A DNA stretch of 64,000 bases, from the NCBI GenBank assembly GCA_977017645.1, contig OZ360227.1:98394001-98458000 (forward strand). The letters are read 5' to 3'. The notes beneath the pieces are model-generated. The model did no database searches, had not been told where the DNA came from, and saw nothing but the letters and a program-made list of their open reading frames with translations. A program made the translations under genes and the position numbers. The DNA is from Torpedo marmorata. Lineage: Eukaryota. Of the stretch, positions 39,370 through 52,618 are shown one piece after another; the first letter of the stretch is position 1; each line of letters starts with the position of its first letter.

Positions 39370-40005
39370 AGATTAGGAGTTTCTTAAACTCCTTAACGTT
39401 GAGGCTTCCCCAAGATTTAGATTTTAATCTTATCTGGGAAGTATATAATTTTAGACATAATCAAAAAGGACTGATTTCAGCCCTTTATGAACTACTTTTA
39501 AGATACAGTGATAGTTCTTTATCTAACATTAAGAAAGTTTGGGAACATGACTTTCAACAAATGTTTGCTGAAGATACATGGGAGTCTATTTTGAAAAATG
39601 TACATTCGTCCTCTCTCTGTGCTAGACATTCCTTATTACAATTTAAAGTAGTCCATAGGGCCCACTATTCCAAAGTTCAATTAGTTAAATTTTACCCCAA
39701 TGTATCCTCTAAATGTGATAAGTGAACAACTCAGGAAGGTACTTTATATCATATGTTTTGATTATGTCCCTCCCTTTGTAACTACTGGAAAGAGATATTT
39801 AGTACACTATCTTTAATTCTTGATATAAATCTGTCTCCGAGCCCTTTTATTGCTATTTTTGGAATGAGTGGACCAATCGACTTAATTTTGACTCCATCTC
39901 AATCACATGTAGTTTCTTTTGCTTCCCTGATTGCTAGAAGGCTCAGTTTGCTGCGGTGGAAAAATGTTGTCCCTCCCACGCATACACAATGGTTATTGGA
40001 TTTGA
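39370..40005 (+). mobile_element. L1-clade ORF2 C-terminal fragment
   Basis: KKVWEHD..W..IL..VHSSSLCARHSLLQFKVVHRAHYS..CDK. Confidence 0.85.
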
Positions 40006-40260
40006 TATGTGAGTGGAAAGAAAATGTTTGAAAACCACTGTTTTAATCGTACCTAATTGACTCGTTATGTGCACGGTTTCATAACTCTAAAGGAAATGGG
40101 CCAATGACAATTTTTCTCAAGCAAAATATTTCAGTAACAATTGGGTCTAGAGCAGTGGTTCTCAACCCTCCCTTCCCACTCACATACCACCTTAAGCAAT
40201 CCCTTACTAATCACAGAGCACTTATGGCATAGGAATTGTGTAAGGTTGAATGTGAGTTTA
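40005..40260. mobile_element. hAT/Charlie-type MITE ends
   Basis: tctagag-CAGTGGTTCTCAAC at 40153 and the complementary tttgaaaaccactg near 40027-40040. Confidence 0.7.
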
Positions 40261-41205
40261 GTGTCAGCTGCTGTTGTCTGTTTTTTTTAAACACTCTAGT
40301 CTTTTTAAAATGACAATATGGTGAATTTAAGCAGAGTAATTTAAAACCACATAAATTGTTTCCAACAGACCATGCTCAATCTGGCTTTCCATATGTGCTT
40401 GCATCCCTCCTCCTCCAAGCATGATAAATTAATGTAGTCCTGTTGGTCCATTTGTCTGGGAAGCTTGGCAGTCATACTGTCAAACAAAGCCGAGCAATTC
40501 ACAAACACCTCTGCCCCAATTTTGGTGAATTTTAGCTAATAGAAATTGCAGCTACTGAGGAAAACTGTCACAATAAAAATTCATGTTGCTTTTTGAGACC
40601 TGGTGGATAGATGCAGTATTAGAGCGACATTTACAATGGAAAAAATGGTTATAACGCTGGAACTTCTGATGTAATAAAAAATATTTTTGAAAATTCCATG
40701 GGAAAAATATGACAAATGAAATTAAGTGGTGCATAAAATCAGTTTAGAATAGGCACAGGGCTAAGATTTTCATAGGGAAGGAGATGCCAAAAATAGATGA
40801 GGAGACAGTTGTATAAAATATGCAAGTAGCATGTGAATTGTAACCAAAAAGACTCCCTTTGTTTGTAAATAAGATTTTTTTTTTGCCTTAAAACATTTTG
40901 TAGTTAACTATTGATTGTTTAAGAAGGATGCTATTCACCTATTTCAAGGAACTTTGCTTTTCCATATATTTATACTGTGTGAAGTGTAATTTTTCAGAGA
41001 CCTTTACAAATATGACTGAATTCCATTGTATGATGTTTAACAATGAGAATCATAAAATGATGATGTAAGACATACTGTATTTTTTCTATAGTATAATTTA
41101 TGATGACTTGGATGTCATTCTAATCACCAGTTTTCACAAAGTCTTGAATTCACATACAATCTTTTATTTTTTTTCTCTTTTAATTTATTGTATTTTGGTT
41201 TATAG

Positions 41206-41487
41206 AACCTCCAAACTTTACTAAGAAGCCTGATCGAGTAATATTATTGAAAAAAGGGAGTTCGACATCTCTTGAGTGTACTGTAGCTGGTACACCTGAG
41301 ATCAAGGTAGCCTGGTACAAGCTGGAAAGTGAAATTCTTCCAAGTGACAAATTCGGGATGTCATTTATTAATTCAAAATCAGTCCTTGAACTTATTAATG
41401 TCAATGTAGAAGACAGTGGATATTACACTTGTAAAGCAGAGAATGAAGCTGGGTTTGACATCTGCAATGTTACAATTACCATTAAAG
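41206..41487 (+). CDS. ttn: Titin Ig exon R3.1 (282 nt)
   Basis: Open I-set Ig, AG/GT, phase 1. Confidence 0.93.
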
Positions 41488-41592
41488 GTGTGTGATCATA
41501 AACTGTAATAATAGAAGAAACATTGAAAACATATTTTCCAGTGATATTTCCTATCTACCCAGGTATCTAAATTCTCTTCCTAATTTTTTTAG

Positions 41593-41871
41593 AGCCACCT
41601 TCTTTTAGCAAGAAACTGGAACCTATTGAGGTAGTGAAAGGAAATGACATCAGTCTTGAATGTGAAATTGCTGGCACAGGGCCATTTGATGTCACTTGGT
41701 ATAAGGACAGTAAGCAGATTCAATCAAGTATAAAATTCAAGATGACGACTGGAAAATCTTTAACTAGTCTTTTTATTCAGAAAGTTGATAATTCCGATGC
41801 TGGTGAATACCAGTGTGAAGTAACAAATGACGTGGGAAGTTGTTCTTGTACTGCTGTAGTCAGATTAAAAA
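41593..41871 (+). CDS. ttn: Titin Ig exon R3.2 (279 nt)
   Basis: Open I-set Ig; donor A|gtaagt. Confidence 0.93.
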
Positions 41872-42055
41872 GTAAGTTACCAAATGCCAGCTATTTTCTT
41901 TTGTTATTTTCAATAATCCCATTTTGGATTGCACTCTTGCTAGGTTTTATGTCTTTAGTATGACAAAATTACTACTGTATTCTTATCTCTAATCTCTGAT
42001 CTTCTTATCTCTTATTCTTATCTCTAATTAATCACAATTCTTAACTCTAAATCAG

Positions 42056-42334
42056 AACCGCCCTCCTTGGTGAAAAGGATTGAAAATGTTACAACATTAT
42101 CTGGAAATTCAGCCACTTTTAACTGTCAATTAGGAGGCACAACTCCCATATTTGTTATATGGATGAAGGACAAAGATGAAATAAATGAAGATGACAATAT
42201 TAAAATATCTTTTAAGAACGGTATTGCTGAATTGCACATTGCTTCTGTTGACTCAAGTTACAGTGGAAAGTACACATGTCAAGCTTGGAATGATGCAGGA
42301 ACTGAGAAGTGTTTTGCAACCTTGTCAGTTACAG
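42056..42334 (+). CDS. ttn: Titin Ig exon R3.3 (279 nt)
   Basis: Open I-set Ig, AG/GT, phase 1. Confidence 0.93.
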
Positions 42335-42447
42335 GTTGGTATGATACACTTGACTTTTGTGAATTTCAGTACTGTGTCAAGTAGTCAAGAGGTGAAACAT
42401 TTTTTTTTACTTTATCGATTGAGAAAATATGTTTTTTTTTCTTGCAG

Positions 42448-42726
42448 AACCTGCACAAATCATAGAGAAACCAGAGCCTTTAAGTGTAACTTCTGGAACA
42501 ATGGCAATCTTAGAATGTGTTGTTTCTGGTACTCCAGAACTGAAAGTTAGATGGTTCAAGAATCAAAATGAATTGACATCGAGTAGGAAATATAAAGTGG
42601 CTTTTGTCAATAAGGTGGCTGTCCTAAAGATACAATCTGTTGATAAGGAAGATAGTGGGGAATATGCTTTTGAAGTACAGAATGAATTTGGACACAGCAG
42701 CTGCACAACTTCATTGACTGTACTAG
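42448..42726 (+). CDS. ttn: Titin Ig exon R3.4 (279 nt)
   Basis: EPA-type Ig, AG/GT, phase 1. Confidence 0.93.
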
Positions 42727-43201
42727 GTTGGTAATTCTTTTTTAAGGTGTTGAAACCATTGATAGTACATCCTAAAACAACAATTGAAAGGACAAATATA
42801 ATTTTAACATAGACTGAGAAGATTGTACTTCAAATGTTCTGAAATCAAAGTTATGTATTCAACATATTGTCTTTTAAATGTATGTAATTGGTTATAAACA
42901 AAGTCTTCAATACCCTCATGATATGCCTCATCAATGAGGCGTTATGGAATGGAGCATGTTCACTGCATCTCCTGCTCAATAATCCATAGTATTTTATTGA
43001 AGTACTAGTATATCATAAGACCAGAACTTGTGTTAAATTGAAAGATGCATCTTCTGCTCTGCAATGGAAGATGAAAGTGGCAGCATTTTCTTTTTTATAT
43101 TTTAATTTCATTACAATTCTGTTTCCGATAGGGAGGATGAGTAACAATCTTACACAGCTGATAAAGCTATTTTTTTGTTGTTGTTGTTCTATCTTGCACA
43201 G

Positions 43202-43489
43202 ATCGGATAATTGCTCCATCTTTCACAAAATGTTTAAAGAAAATGGAACATATCTTGGGAGCTTTGATGCACATGGAGTGCAAAGTATCTGGTTCTCTTC
43301 CAATCAGCATTTCTTGGTATAAAGATAACACAGAAATAACAGCAAGTCACAAATACAATATATCATTTGAAGAAAATACTGTATTTTTGGAGATTAAAGC
43401 ACTTGAAATCACAGATGGTGGAAATTACTCTTGCAAAGCAACAAATGTTGCTGGAAGTAGTAAATGCAGTGGATTTCTAACTGTAAAAG
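43202..43489 (+). CDS. ttn: Titin Ig exon R3.5 (288 nt)
   Basis: DRIIAP long-linker Ig, AG/GT, phase 1. Confidence 0.93.
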
Positions 43490-44235
43490 GTTTGAAGATG
43501 CACTTTTTTTCAATGCACTTCTATTTTAAGATGCGTCCAATGCTAATGTTTTGTTAAAATGGGCTGATCCATGCATGCTAATGCCAGAAGTTCCAGACTG
43601 ACTTGAATTTAGCTGGTAAGTCCAAATATGATGGTTGACTGTGCTTCTGGATTCCATATGAGGCCGGAATAAACAAAGAATCAGAGGATTGTCAATTTGA
43701 GTGGGTTTTGAAAGGGTTTGGATTAGAAGGCAAATGAGTTTTTAAGTTTCAATTATTTAACTTTAGCTTTATACCTTTATTTTATCATCCAAATCATTTA
43801 ATTTTTAATTCACTTGTTTTATTAGCTTTTAAATGTTTGTATAAACATTTAACAACTAGTGAAAATCATTCAGAGCCCTTACAGCTAGCAGATCTTGGAA
43901 CTGGGCCTTGCTGCCCGTTAAAGCATTACTGGACGCTTTGCTATCAAATAGACCATGCCGCTAGAGTTTGGGATGCTTCAGGCCAGCAAGTTATGTTCTC
44001 CACATTCAGAGTGATGTGCAGAGGATCCTTGGTAGAAGGACCAAATCAGCAAAGTTTCCACTCTTATTGTGTGTTTCTACATTTTATGTAGCAATGAAGA
44101 TAATGTGCATATTTCAACTTCCTAAAATATTTTGACATCATGTGCTCAGTAGTGGTATAAACGATTCTAAAAGTTTTAGTATTTTTACTTCAGCTAATCT
44201 TCTTGAATAAGATTTTTCTGAAATTATTTTTTTAG

Positions 44236-44514
44236 AACCACCAACCTTCATAGAAAAGCCAATATCCCAAGAGATTGTGCTTGGTTCCACACTACAGTTT
44301 AAAAGCATTGTAAGAGGAACTCTTCCACTATTTGTCAAGTGGTTTCAGGATAATAGGGAACTGAAACCTGGCACAAGATGTTCCATTTGGAATGAAGAAA
44401 CAACACACTTCCTTGAGCTACTTTCAACCAAAATTTCTGATGCTGGTGTCTACAACTGTCAACTCACCAATGAAGCTGGTTCAGCCTTTAGTACTGCAAA
44501 TGTATTTGTCAAAG
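44236..44514 (+). CDS. ttn: Titin Ig exon R3.6 (279 nt)
   Basis: Open I-set Ig, AG/GT, phase 1. Confidence 0.93.
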
Positions 44515-44716
44515 GTTTGCATTTTTTTTATTTATCTTATTAGTAAAATAGGTTTTCTGTAGCATTTTTAATAATGTTGCTTTCCTTAGCTTTCTTAAAC
44601 TCATAAAGAGTAACTTTTACCAGAAGGTAATTTCTTGTCCTTTGTCTACTTTATTCAATGTGCCTAATTTGACATCGTAATCCCAGTATTCATGATTACT
44701 ACATCTCATTTCTCAG

Positions 44717-44998
44717 AACCACCAAGTTTTGTTACAAAGCCACATTCTTCATCAGCACTGAAACAAGGCGAATTTGCACGTTTTGAGTGCAAAATTACTG
44801 GTACACCTGAAATTACTATAACATGGTATAAAAATAACCAAGATATCAGAACAGGTGATAAATATAGGATATCATTTCAAAACTCATTGGCTGTTCTTGA
44901 GATTGATGATATAAAGGTGGAAGATAGTGGGGATTATTCCTGCGAAGCACAGAATGAAGCTGGTGTTAACAGCTGCAACTTTATGATCCAGGTTAAAG
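44717..44998 (+). CDS. ttn: Titin Ig exon R4.1 (282 nt)
   Basis: Open I-set Ig, AG/GT, phase 1. Confidence 0.93.
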
Positions 44999-45083
44999 GT
45001 GTGTAAATGAGTATCTTAAAGAGAAATTGAACTCTTTGACATTTGATTGTTATCTAAGCCACATTGTATGTTTCACTCTTCAG

Positions 45084-45362
45084 AACCTCCTTTATTCACA
45101 AAGAAACTTGAACCTGTTGAGATAATTAAAGGTAGAGAAGTGTCTCTCGAATGTGAGGTGACCGGTACAGCTCCCTTTGAAGTTTTGTGGTATAAGGATA
45201 ATAAACTAGTTCGACGCAGCAAGAAATATAAAATGATCTTTGACAATTCATTAGCCATCCTTTGCATTTTAATGCCTGATACCACCGATGTTGGTGAATA
45301 CAAGTGTACTGTAAAAAATGATGTGGGAAGTTGTTCGTGTAGTTCTACAATCAGTTTGAAAG
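45084..45362 (+). CDS. ttn: Titin Ig exon R4.2 (279 nt)
   Basis: Open I-set Ig, AG/GT, phase 1. Confidence 0.93.
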
Positions 45363-45506
45363 GTCAGTTGTTGTACTTGTGTGAACATATTAGTCTTCTG
45401 CTATTTGAACCCAGTGCTCAATTATGAAGAAATTCAACTATTTCAACAACATACTGAAAAACTAAAATAAAAATCCATGTTTGTATAACCATTTGTTTTA
45501 AAATAG

Positions 45507-45785
45507 AACCCCCAAGATTTATAAAGAAGATTGAAAATATAACCATATTGTCAGGCAATTCGATTGTGTTCCAATGTCAAGTAAAAGGCTCAAAACCTAT
45601 TTGCATAACTTGGATGAAAGATAAAGGTGTTATTCAAGAAGATGGTAATATTACTTTATCTTTTGAGAATAATATTGCTACTCTTCAAATAAATGCTGTT
45701 GGAGAAAATCATGCTGGAAAGTATATGTGCGAGGTCAAGAATGATGCGGGAACTGAGAAGTGCTTTGCCACATTATTGGTCGCAG
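45507..45785 (+). CDS. ttn: Titin Ig exon R4.3 (279 nt)
   Basis: Open I-set Ig, AG/GT, phase 1. Confidence 0.93.
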
Positions 45786-45905
45786 GTCAGTGGGATATTG
45801 GATAGCTTCCTTTTAATTGGTCATCAATTCAAATTTTTTGCCGTGCATGAACTAAAATGAGATTTGTACAAGTAATGTATTGAAGAGATTTCTTTTCCCT
45901 CATAG

Positions 45906-46184
45906 AACCAGCAAAAATCACAGAACAAGCACAGTCATTCAGTGTGACAGCAGGAAATACAGCAAACCTGGAATGTACAGTAACTGGTACACCAGAACTA
46001 AAAGTTAAATGTTTTAAAGATGGTAATGAAATGGTTTCTAGTCGAAAACACAAAATCAGCTTTGATAATAACGTGATCAGCCTAAAGATTCCTTCTGTTT
46101 CCAATGATGACACTGGTGAATATACTTTTGAAGTCAAGAATCAGTTTGGAGCCAGCAGCTGTGCAGCTTCATTGACAGTATTAG
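45906..46184 (+). CDS. ttn: Titin Ig exon R4.4 (279 nt; core Trp replaced by Cys)
   Basis: EPA-type Ig, LKVKCFKDG, AG/GT. Confidence 0.92.
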
Positions 46185-46265
46185 GTTAGTGTTTATGTGT
46201 AATTTGATTGACATTTAAATAATCTAGTACATGGAATATTTTGTTGAAAACTAATGAAATTGTGT

Positions 46266-48245
46266 TCACTTTGCAAAGGCTGATTGGGAGAGCCAGTTGG
46301 CAGGAAAAGGGGCATCTTGCAAGTCATGGGCTTTTAAATGTGCGATAGGGAGAGTTAAGGGCCAGCATGTTCCTGTTAGAGTGAAAGGCAAGGATTGTTG
46401 ATGAGGGAAATTGAGGCTCATCAGGAAAATAAGGAAGCATATATCAGGTATTGGCAACTGGGATTCAGCAAATCCCTTGAGGAGATTCAGGATTCCACTT
46501 AAGAGAGAAATCAAGAGGACCAATAGAAGATATCCTTGGCAGATAAGGTAAAGAAGAATCTTCAGAGATTCTCTCAGTATTGTAAGAGCAAAAGGGTACC
46601 AATGGAGAGAATAAGGCCCAGTAAATATCAATGCGGTCATTTGTGTGGCGAGCCACAGGAGATGGGTGAGGTCTTAAATGAACATTTATTGTCTGTATTT
46701 ACTGTGGAAATCATGGAAGCTAGGGAATTGGGAGAAGAGAATATTGTGATCTTGAATCATATCCACATTACAAAAGAGGAGGTGCTGGTGGTCCTAAAAT
46801 ATATAAAGGTGGATAAATCCTTGGGGCATGACCATGTGTATCTTAGGACAATAGGAAGCTTGGGAAGAAATTGCTGGGGCCATTAGCAGAGATATTAGTG
46901 TGGGCTTTTGACAAGGTTTCGCTTGGTAGCTTGGTCTGGAAGATCAGATCGCACGAGTCAACTGGACAATTGGATACAGAGTTGGGTTGATGGAAGGAGA
47001 GAGAGGGTGGTAATGGAGGGTTGTTACTCAGATTGGAGGCCTGCAAGGATCGGCACTGGGTCCACTGTTGTTTCTCATCTACAGTAATGACTTGGATGAC
47101 TATTTAGTTAACATGGTCAGTAAATCTGCAGATGACGTGAAAATTAGTGGATATTGAAGAAGGTAATCTAAGATTATAATGTGATCTAGGTGATCTGGGA
47201 AAGTGGAGCCAAGGAATGGCAGATGGAATTTAACTAAGACAAATGTGAAGTGTTTCAGTTTGGTCAGGCAAGATTTACATGGTGAATGGTAGAACAAGGA
47301 GACATGTGGGTACAGGTGCTTGAAAATGGTGATGCAGAGATACAGCATGGTGAAGAAGGCACTTGGCATACTTTTCTTCAATGGTTGGCATTGTGTACAG
47401 GAGCAGGGAAGTCATTTTGTAACTGTACAGGGACATTGGTGCGACTGTAGTTGAAGTATTGTTCATAGCTTTGGGCACCCAGCTGTAGGAAAGATATTGT
47501 TAAACTTGAAAGGGTGCAGAAAATATTCTAATAAATGTTGTTGGGACTGGTAGGCTTAACTTATAAGGAGAAGCTGAATAGTCTGGACTTTACTCCCTAG
47601 AAACTAAGGGGCTAAGTGGGGACCTTGTAGAGGACTATAAAATCATGAGGGGCATAGATAAGGTAAATAGTCATTTTCCAGTAGTCATCAGTCTGTTTCC
47701 CAGAGTAGGTGAATCTAAAATCAGAGGGGAAAAATTTAAAAGGACTTGAGTGACACCTTCTTCACACAGAGTGTGATGGTATATGGAATGAGCTGCAAGT
47801 GGCAGAAACGGGACAATTTTAACATTCAAAAGGCATTTAGACAGGTACATGGATAGGAAAGATTAAGAAGGACATGAGCTGAATGCATGGAAATGGGACT
47901 AGCTTGTTTGGCGTAGATAAGGTGGACTGAAGAATCTGTTTCTTTGCTTTAGAACTCTATATTTGTATCATCGTTAGGCATGGGTGAGGTACCACAAGAC
48001 GGAAGGGTAGCTAATATTGTGCCTTTGTTTAACAAGGGCTGTAAGAAAGAGGCAGGGGACTATAGTATAGTGAGCATAACATCAATGGTGGAAAGTTTAC
48101 TGGAAGAGATTCTGAGAGATAGGATCTGACTGTTTTGCAAAGGCAGCATAGTTTTGTGCATGGACAATTGTCTTACGAGAATTTAATGGTTTCTTGAAGA
48201 TGTGACAAAGAGGATTGATGAAGGCAGGGTGATGAATGTTGTTTA
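46266..48245 (+). mobile_element. Degraded CR1 LINE fragments (sense)
   Basis: EMGEVLNE...SVFT, KVDKSLG.D..Y.R; CR1 3' end near 47940; a second RT fragment starts near 47960. Confidence 0.82.
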
Positions 48246-48259
48246 GACCACCAGACAAT

Positions 48260-50030
48260 AAGACATAGGAGAGAAAAAGCCATTTGGCCCATCAAGTCTG
48301 CCCTGCCATTCCATCATGGCTGATTTACTATAGTTTTCAACCCCATTCTCCTGCTTTCTCCCCATAACCCTTGATTCCCTACTTGATCAAGAATGTATCT
48401 ACCTCCACCTTAAATATCCCCAGATTTGACTTCCACAGCCGTCCATGGCAACTAATTCCACAAATTCACCACCCTCTGGGTAAAGAAATTCCTCCTCATC
48501 TCTGTTCAAATGTATTCTGAGGCTGTGCCCTCTGGTCCCAGGCTTCCCTACTATAGGAAACATCCTCTCCACATCCACTCTATCCAGGCCTTTCAGTATT
48601 CGATAAGTTTCAATGAGAACCTCCCCCCTTCATTCTTCTAAACTTCAGCGAGTACAATCCCAGAGCCCACAAACGCTCTTCATATGAAAACCCTTTCACA
48701 CTGGGGATCATCCTTGTAAACTTCCTCTGGATCCTCTCCAATGCCAAAACATGCTTCCTCAGATATGATGCCCAAAACTGCTCACAATATTGCAAGTGTG
48801 GTCTGACCAATGCCTTATAAAGCCTCAACATCACACTTTTATATTTTATCCTTTTCAAAATGAATGCGAGCATCCCATTTGTCTTCCCTACCACTGACTC
48901 TACATGCAAGTTGACATTTATAGAGTTTTGCATAATGACTCCTGAGTCCCTCTGCACCTCTGATTTCTGAACTCGTTGCCTGTTTAGAAAATAGTCTACG
49001 CCTTTAGTTCTTCCACCAAAGTGCATGATCATACACTTCTCTATACTGTACTCCTTCTGTCATTTCCTTTCCCAATCTCCTAACCTGTCTAAGACAATAT
49101 GCAGACTCAGTGCTTCCTCAACACTACTTGCCCCTCCTGCGATCTTTGTATTGTCTGCAAACTTGGCCACAAAGATATATAATCCATCATCCAAATCATT
49201 GACATATAATGTGAAAGGTAGCGGCCTCAGCACTGGGCCCTGTGGAACACCACTGGTCACCGGCAGCCAGCCAGAAAAGGCCCTTTTTATTCCCCACTCC
49301 ATGCCTCCTGCTGGTCAGCCAATCTTCTATCCATGCTAATTCCTTTCCCGTAATATCATGGGCTCTCATCTTTCTTAGCAGCCTCATGTGCGGCACCTTG
49401 TCAAAGACCTTTTGAAAATCCAGGTAAACCACATCCACTAATTCTCCTTTATCTGTCCTTCCTGTTATTTCCTCAAAGAATTCCAACAGGTTTGATAGGC
49501 AAGATTTCCCCTTCAGGAAACCTATTTTACCGTGTACCTCCAATTACACCGAAACCTCTTCCTTAATAATAAATTCTAACATCTTACCAACCACTGAAGT
49601 CAGGCTAGCTGGCCTGTAATTTCCTGTCTTTTGCCTCCCTCTTTTCTTAGAGTGGAGTGACCTTTGCAATTTTCCAATCCTCTGGAACCATTCCAGAATC
49701 TAGCGATTCCCAAAAGGTCACTGCCAATACCTCCACAATTTATTCAGCTACATCTTTTAAAACCCTGTGGTGTAGTTCATCTGGTCCAGGTGATTTGTCC
49801 ACCTTCAGACCTTTCAACTTTCCCAGCACCTTCTTGGTAATACCAACTGCACACATTTCTGCCCCATGACACTCTCGAACTTCTGGCACACTGCTGGTTA
49901 TTAAATACAAAATACTTGTTATGTTCACCCGCCATTTCTTTGTCCCTTCACTACCCCAGCAGTCCAATGTCAACACTCGGCTCTCTTTTGCTCTTTATGT
50001 AACTGAAGACATTTTTCACATTCTATGTTG
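48260..50030 (-). mobile_element. CR1 LINE (RT and 3' end), antisense, nested in a sense CR1
   Basis: GFLKGKSCLSNLLEFFE, VYLDFQKVFDKVPH, SGVPQG, KFADNTK, LYKALVRPHL. Confidence 0.9.
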
Positions 50031-50049
50031 CTGGCTCACCTATCTCAAC

Positions 50050-51090
50050 AGACTCTACATGAACTTTTGCAAGGCTTTTGTCAAACTCATATGAAAGGCT
50101 TGTCTGGAAGGTTAGATCATGTGGGATTCAGTGTGAACTAACCAATGCAGATTGGCTTAGTGGTAGGAGTCAGAAGATGATATCATAACAGAGGATTGTT
50201 TTTCAAATTGGAGATTGAAATAGATGAGAATGTCATTGGCATGGTTAGAAAGTTTGCAGATGACACCAAAATTAGTAAATTAGTGGTATAGTGGACAGTG
50301 AAGAGGGTTATCTAAGACTGCAACCAAATGAAGATCAACTGAGAACATGGGCCAAGAATGGCAGATGGAATTTAAATTGGACAAGTGCGAGGTGTTGAAT
50401 GTTGGGAAGTTGACCCAGGATACATCGTACAGAGTAAATGTTGTAGAACAGAGAGACCGAGGGGTACAAGTACCTAGTTCCATGAAAGTGGCAACACAAT
50501 AAGACAGGGTAGTGAAAAAGACGTTTGGCCCTTTTGCATTCATTGGTCAGGGCACTGAGTACAAGATTTCGGATGACATGTTTCAACTCTACAAGACATT
50601 AAGACAACACTTGGAGTATCATATGCAGTTCTGGACGCCTAGCTCTAGAAAGGCTGGAAAGCATGCAGAAAAGATTCGCAAATATGTTACCAGGTCTGGA
50701 TGGCTTGAGTTGCAAGGAGACACTAGATTGACTAGGGCTTTTTTTTCCCCTGGAACATGGGAGGCTGAGGGATTTCTTTATCGAGATATATAAAATCATG
50801 AAGGGGATAGAAAAAGGTGAATGGTGGCAGTCCTTTTCATAGTGTGGGGGAATCTAAAACTGGGGGCATAGATTTAAGGTGAGAAGAGAAAGATCCTGAG
50901 GGGCAACTTTTTCACATAGAGTGTGGTGGGTGTGTGGAATAAGCTGCCAGAGGAAGCAGTAGAGGCGAATACAATTACAATGTTAAAAAGGCATTTAGGC
51001 AGGTATGTGGTTAAGAAAGGTTTGGGGAGATATGGGCAAATGGGATGAGTTCAGGTGGGCAATTTGCCTGACATGGGTGAGTTAGGTCCA
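50050..51090 (+). mobile_element. Continuation of the interrupted sense CR1 (RT to 3' end)
   Basis: YMNFCKAF resumes after ..IDEGRVMNVV at about 48240; KFADDTKI; CR1 3' end. Confidence 0.82.
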
Positions 51091-51609
51091 GGCAGCAAGG
51101 CTATTGAACCTATTGTTCTCAGGCCTCCAATTCAAGCACGGAATGGTCTGAGTTTCTTAACTGGGTAATCACAGGGAATGCACAAAGTTATTCCATATTT
51201 TAGCATCTGCAGTCTCATTTGTCTTAAAGAAGTTTTTGAATATAAGTGGCATAGTAAGATGTCAATTTTTTTCAGACTACTTCCCCATGTGATGCCTTTA
51301 CATCACCATAGCCTTGCTGTCATGGAAACTACCACCATGAGGAAATTAGCAAACACTTCTTGTGTGAGAATTGCAGTAAATAACTGAACAATGAAGGTAG
51401 TCGATGAATGCAAATTCTCTGTTCTGTAAGAGCGGTAAAGTGTACATCAGCCATTGCAAGAATTTTTCAGTGTGTTACTGAATAGTCACCAATGGTATAT
51501 GCTAATAAACACAACATTTCATATTGGGATCAAAAAGCACAATCAATCTGACTCATTTAAAGCATTTGCAATTTGAGTTGACCAGCTGTACTTTTGGTAT
51601 CTTGGACAG

Positions 51610-51897
51610 ATCAACTAATTCCTCCAGTGTTTACACGGAAATTACGGAAAATGGACATTGTTTTAGGATCATCCATTCAGATGGAATGTAAAGTTTCTGG
51701 TTCTCTTCCAATGGTCTTTTCTTGGTATAAGGATTTCAAATTGATAACAAACAATGAAAAATGCAAAATATTATGTCAAGATAACACAACAACTTTGGAA
51801 GTTGATCAACTGGAAATTTCAGATCGTGGAACTTATATTTGCAAAGCAACCAATTCAGTGGGAAGTGATGAATCCAGTGGTTTCTTAAATATAACAG
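51610..51897 (+). CDS. ttn: Titin Ig exon R4.5 (288 nt)
   Basis: DQLIPP long-linker Ig, AG/GT, phase 1. Confidence 0.93.
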
Positions 51898-52116
51898 GTT
51901 TGAAAGTTGAATTTTCTTTCAGTTCAACTTGTATCTTTTTCATCATTCTTCATTTCTTCAGCTTTTCATTTTTGCATCTTACCCTAAGGAAGATGTGTAG
52001 CATTTAAAATTGATTGCAGTTTTGCAGTAATTTATTTTGGGTCTTGTAACTTTTCTTCATAAATGTAAACAACTTACTGCTGAGATCCAATGGTATTTTT
52101 TTCACCTGACTTTCAG

Positions 52117-52395
52117 AACCTCCAAGTTTTATAGAAAAACCTGTAACCCAGGAAAGTTTACCTGGTTCTACCGTGCAGTTTAGAAGTGTTGTGAAAGGAA
52201 CTGCTCCACTAACCATAAAATGGCTGAAGGATGGCAGGGAACTGATGTCTGGAGCTGATTATTTTATTTTAAATGAAGGCTCAACAAGTTTACTTGAGTT
52301 GTTTTCAGCCAAAGTATCTGATTCGGGTGACTATATTTGTGAAATCAGCAACAAAGGTGGCAGTGCTACTTGTACAGCAAGACTCTTTATCAAAG
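52117..52395 (+). CDS. ttn: Titin Ig exon R4.6 (279 nt)
   Basis: Open I-set Ig, AG/GT, phase 1. Confidence 0.93.
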
Positions 52396-52618
52396 GTGTG
52401 CAATTCATATGTACTTGTTTAACCATTAGAGAACAGCTTTTAAAATGCAAGAATATGATTTTTTTCATATTTTATTCTTTGTTATTTTTAATGGAATTTT
52501 TGTGCTGTGTGTTGTCTTTGTTCATTTTGCTTGTTCTATGTGTCTCATTCTTTATGTTGGATGGAATTGTTTTGGCATTTAGTGAGGATTGTTAAATTTG
52601 CAATGTTGTTTTCTACAG

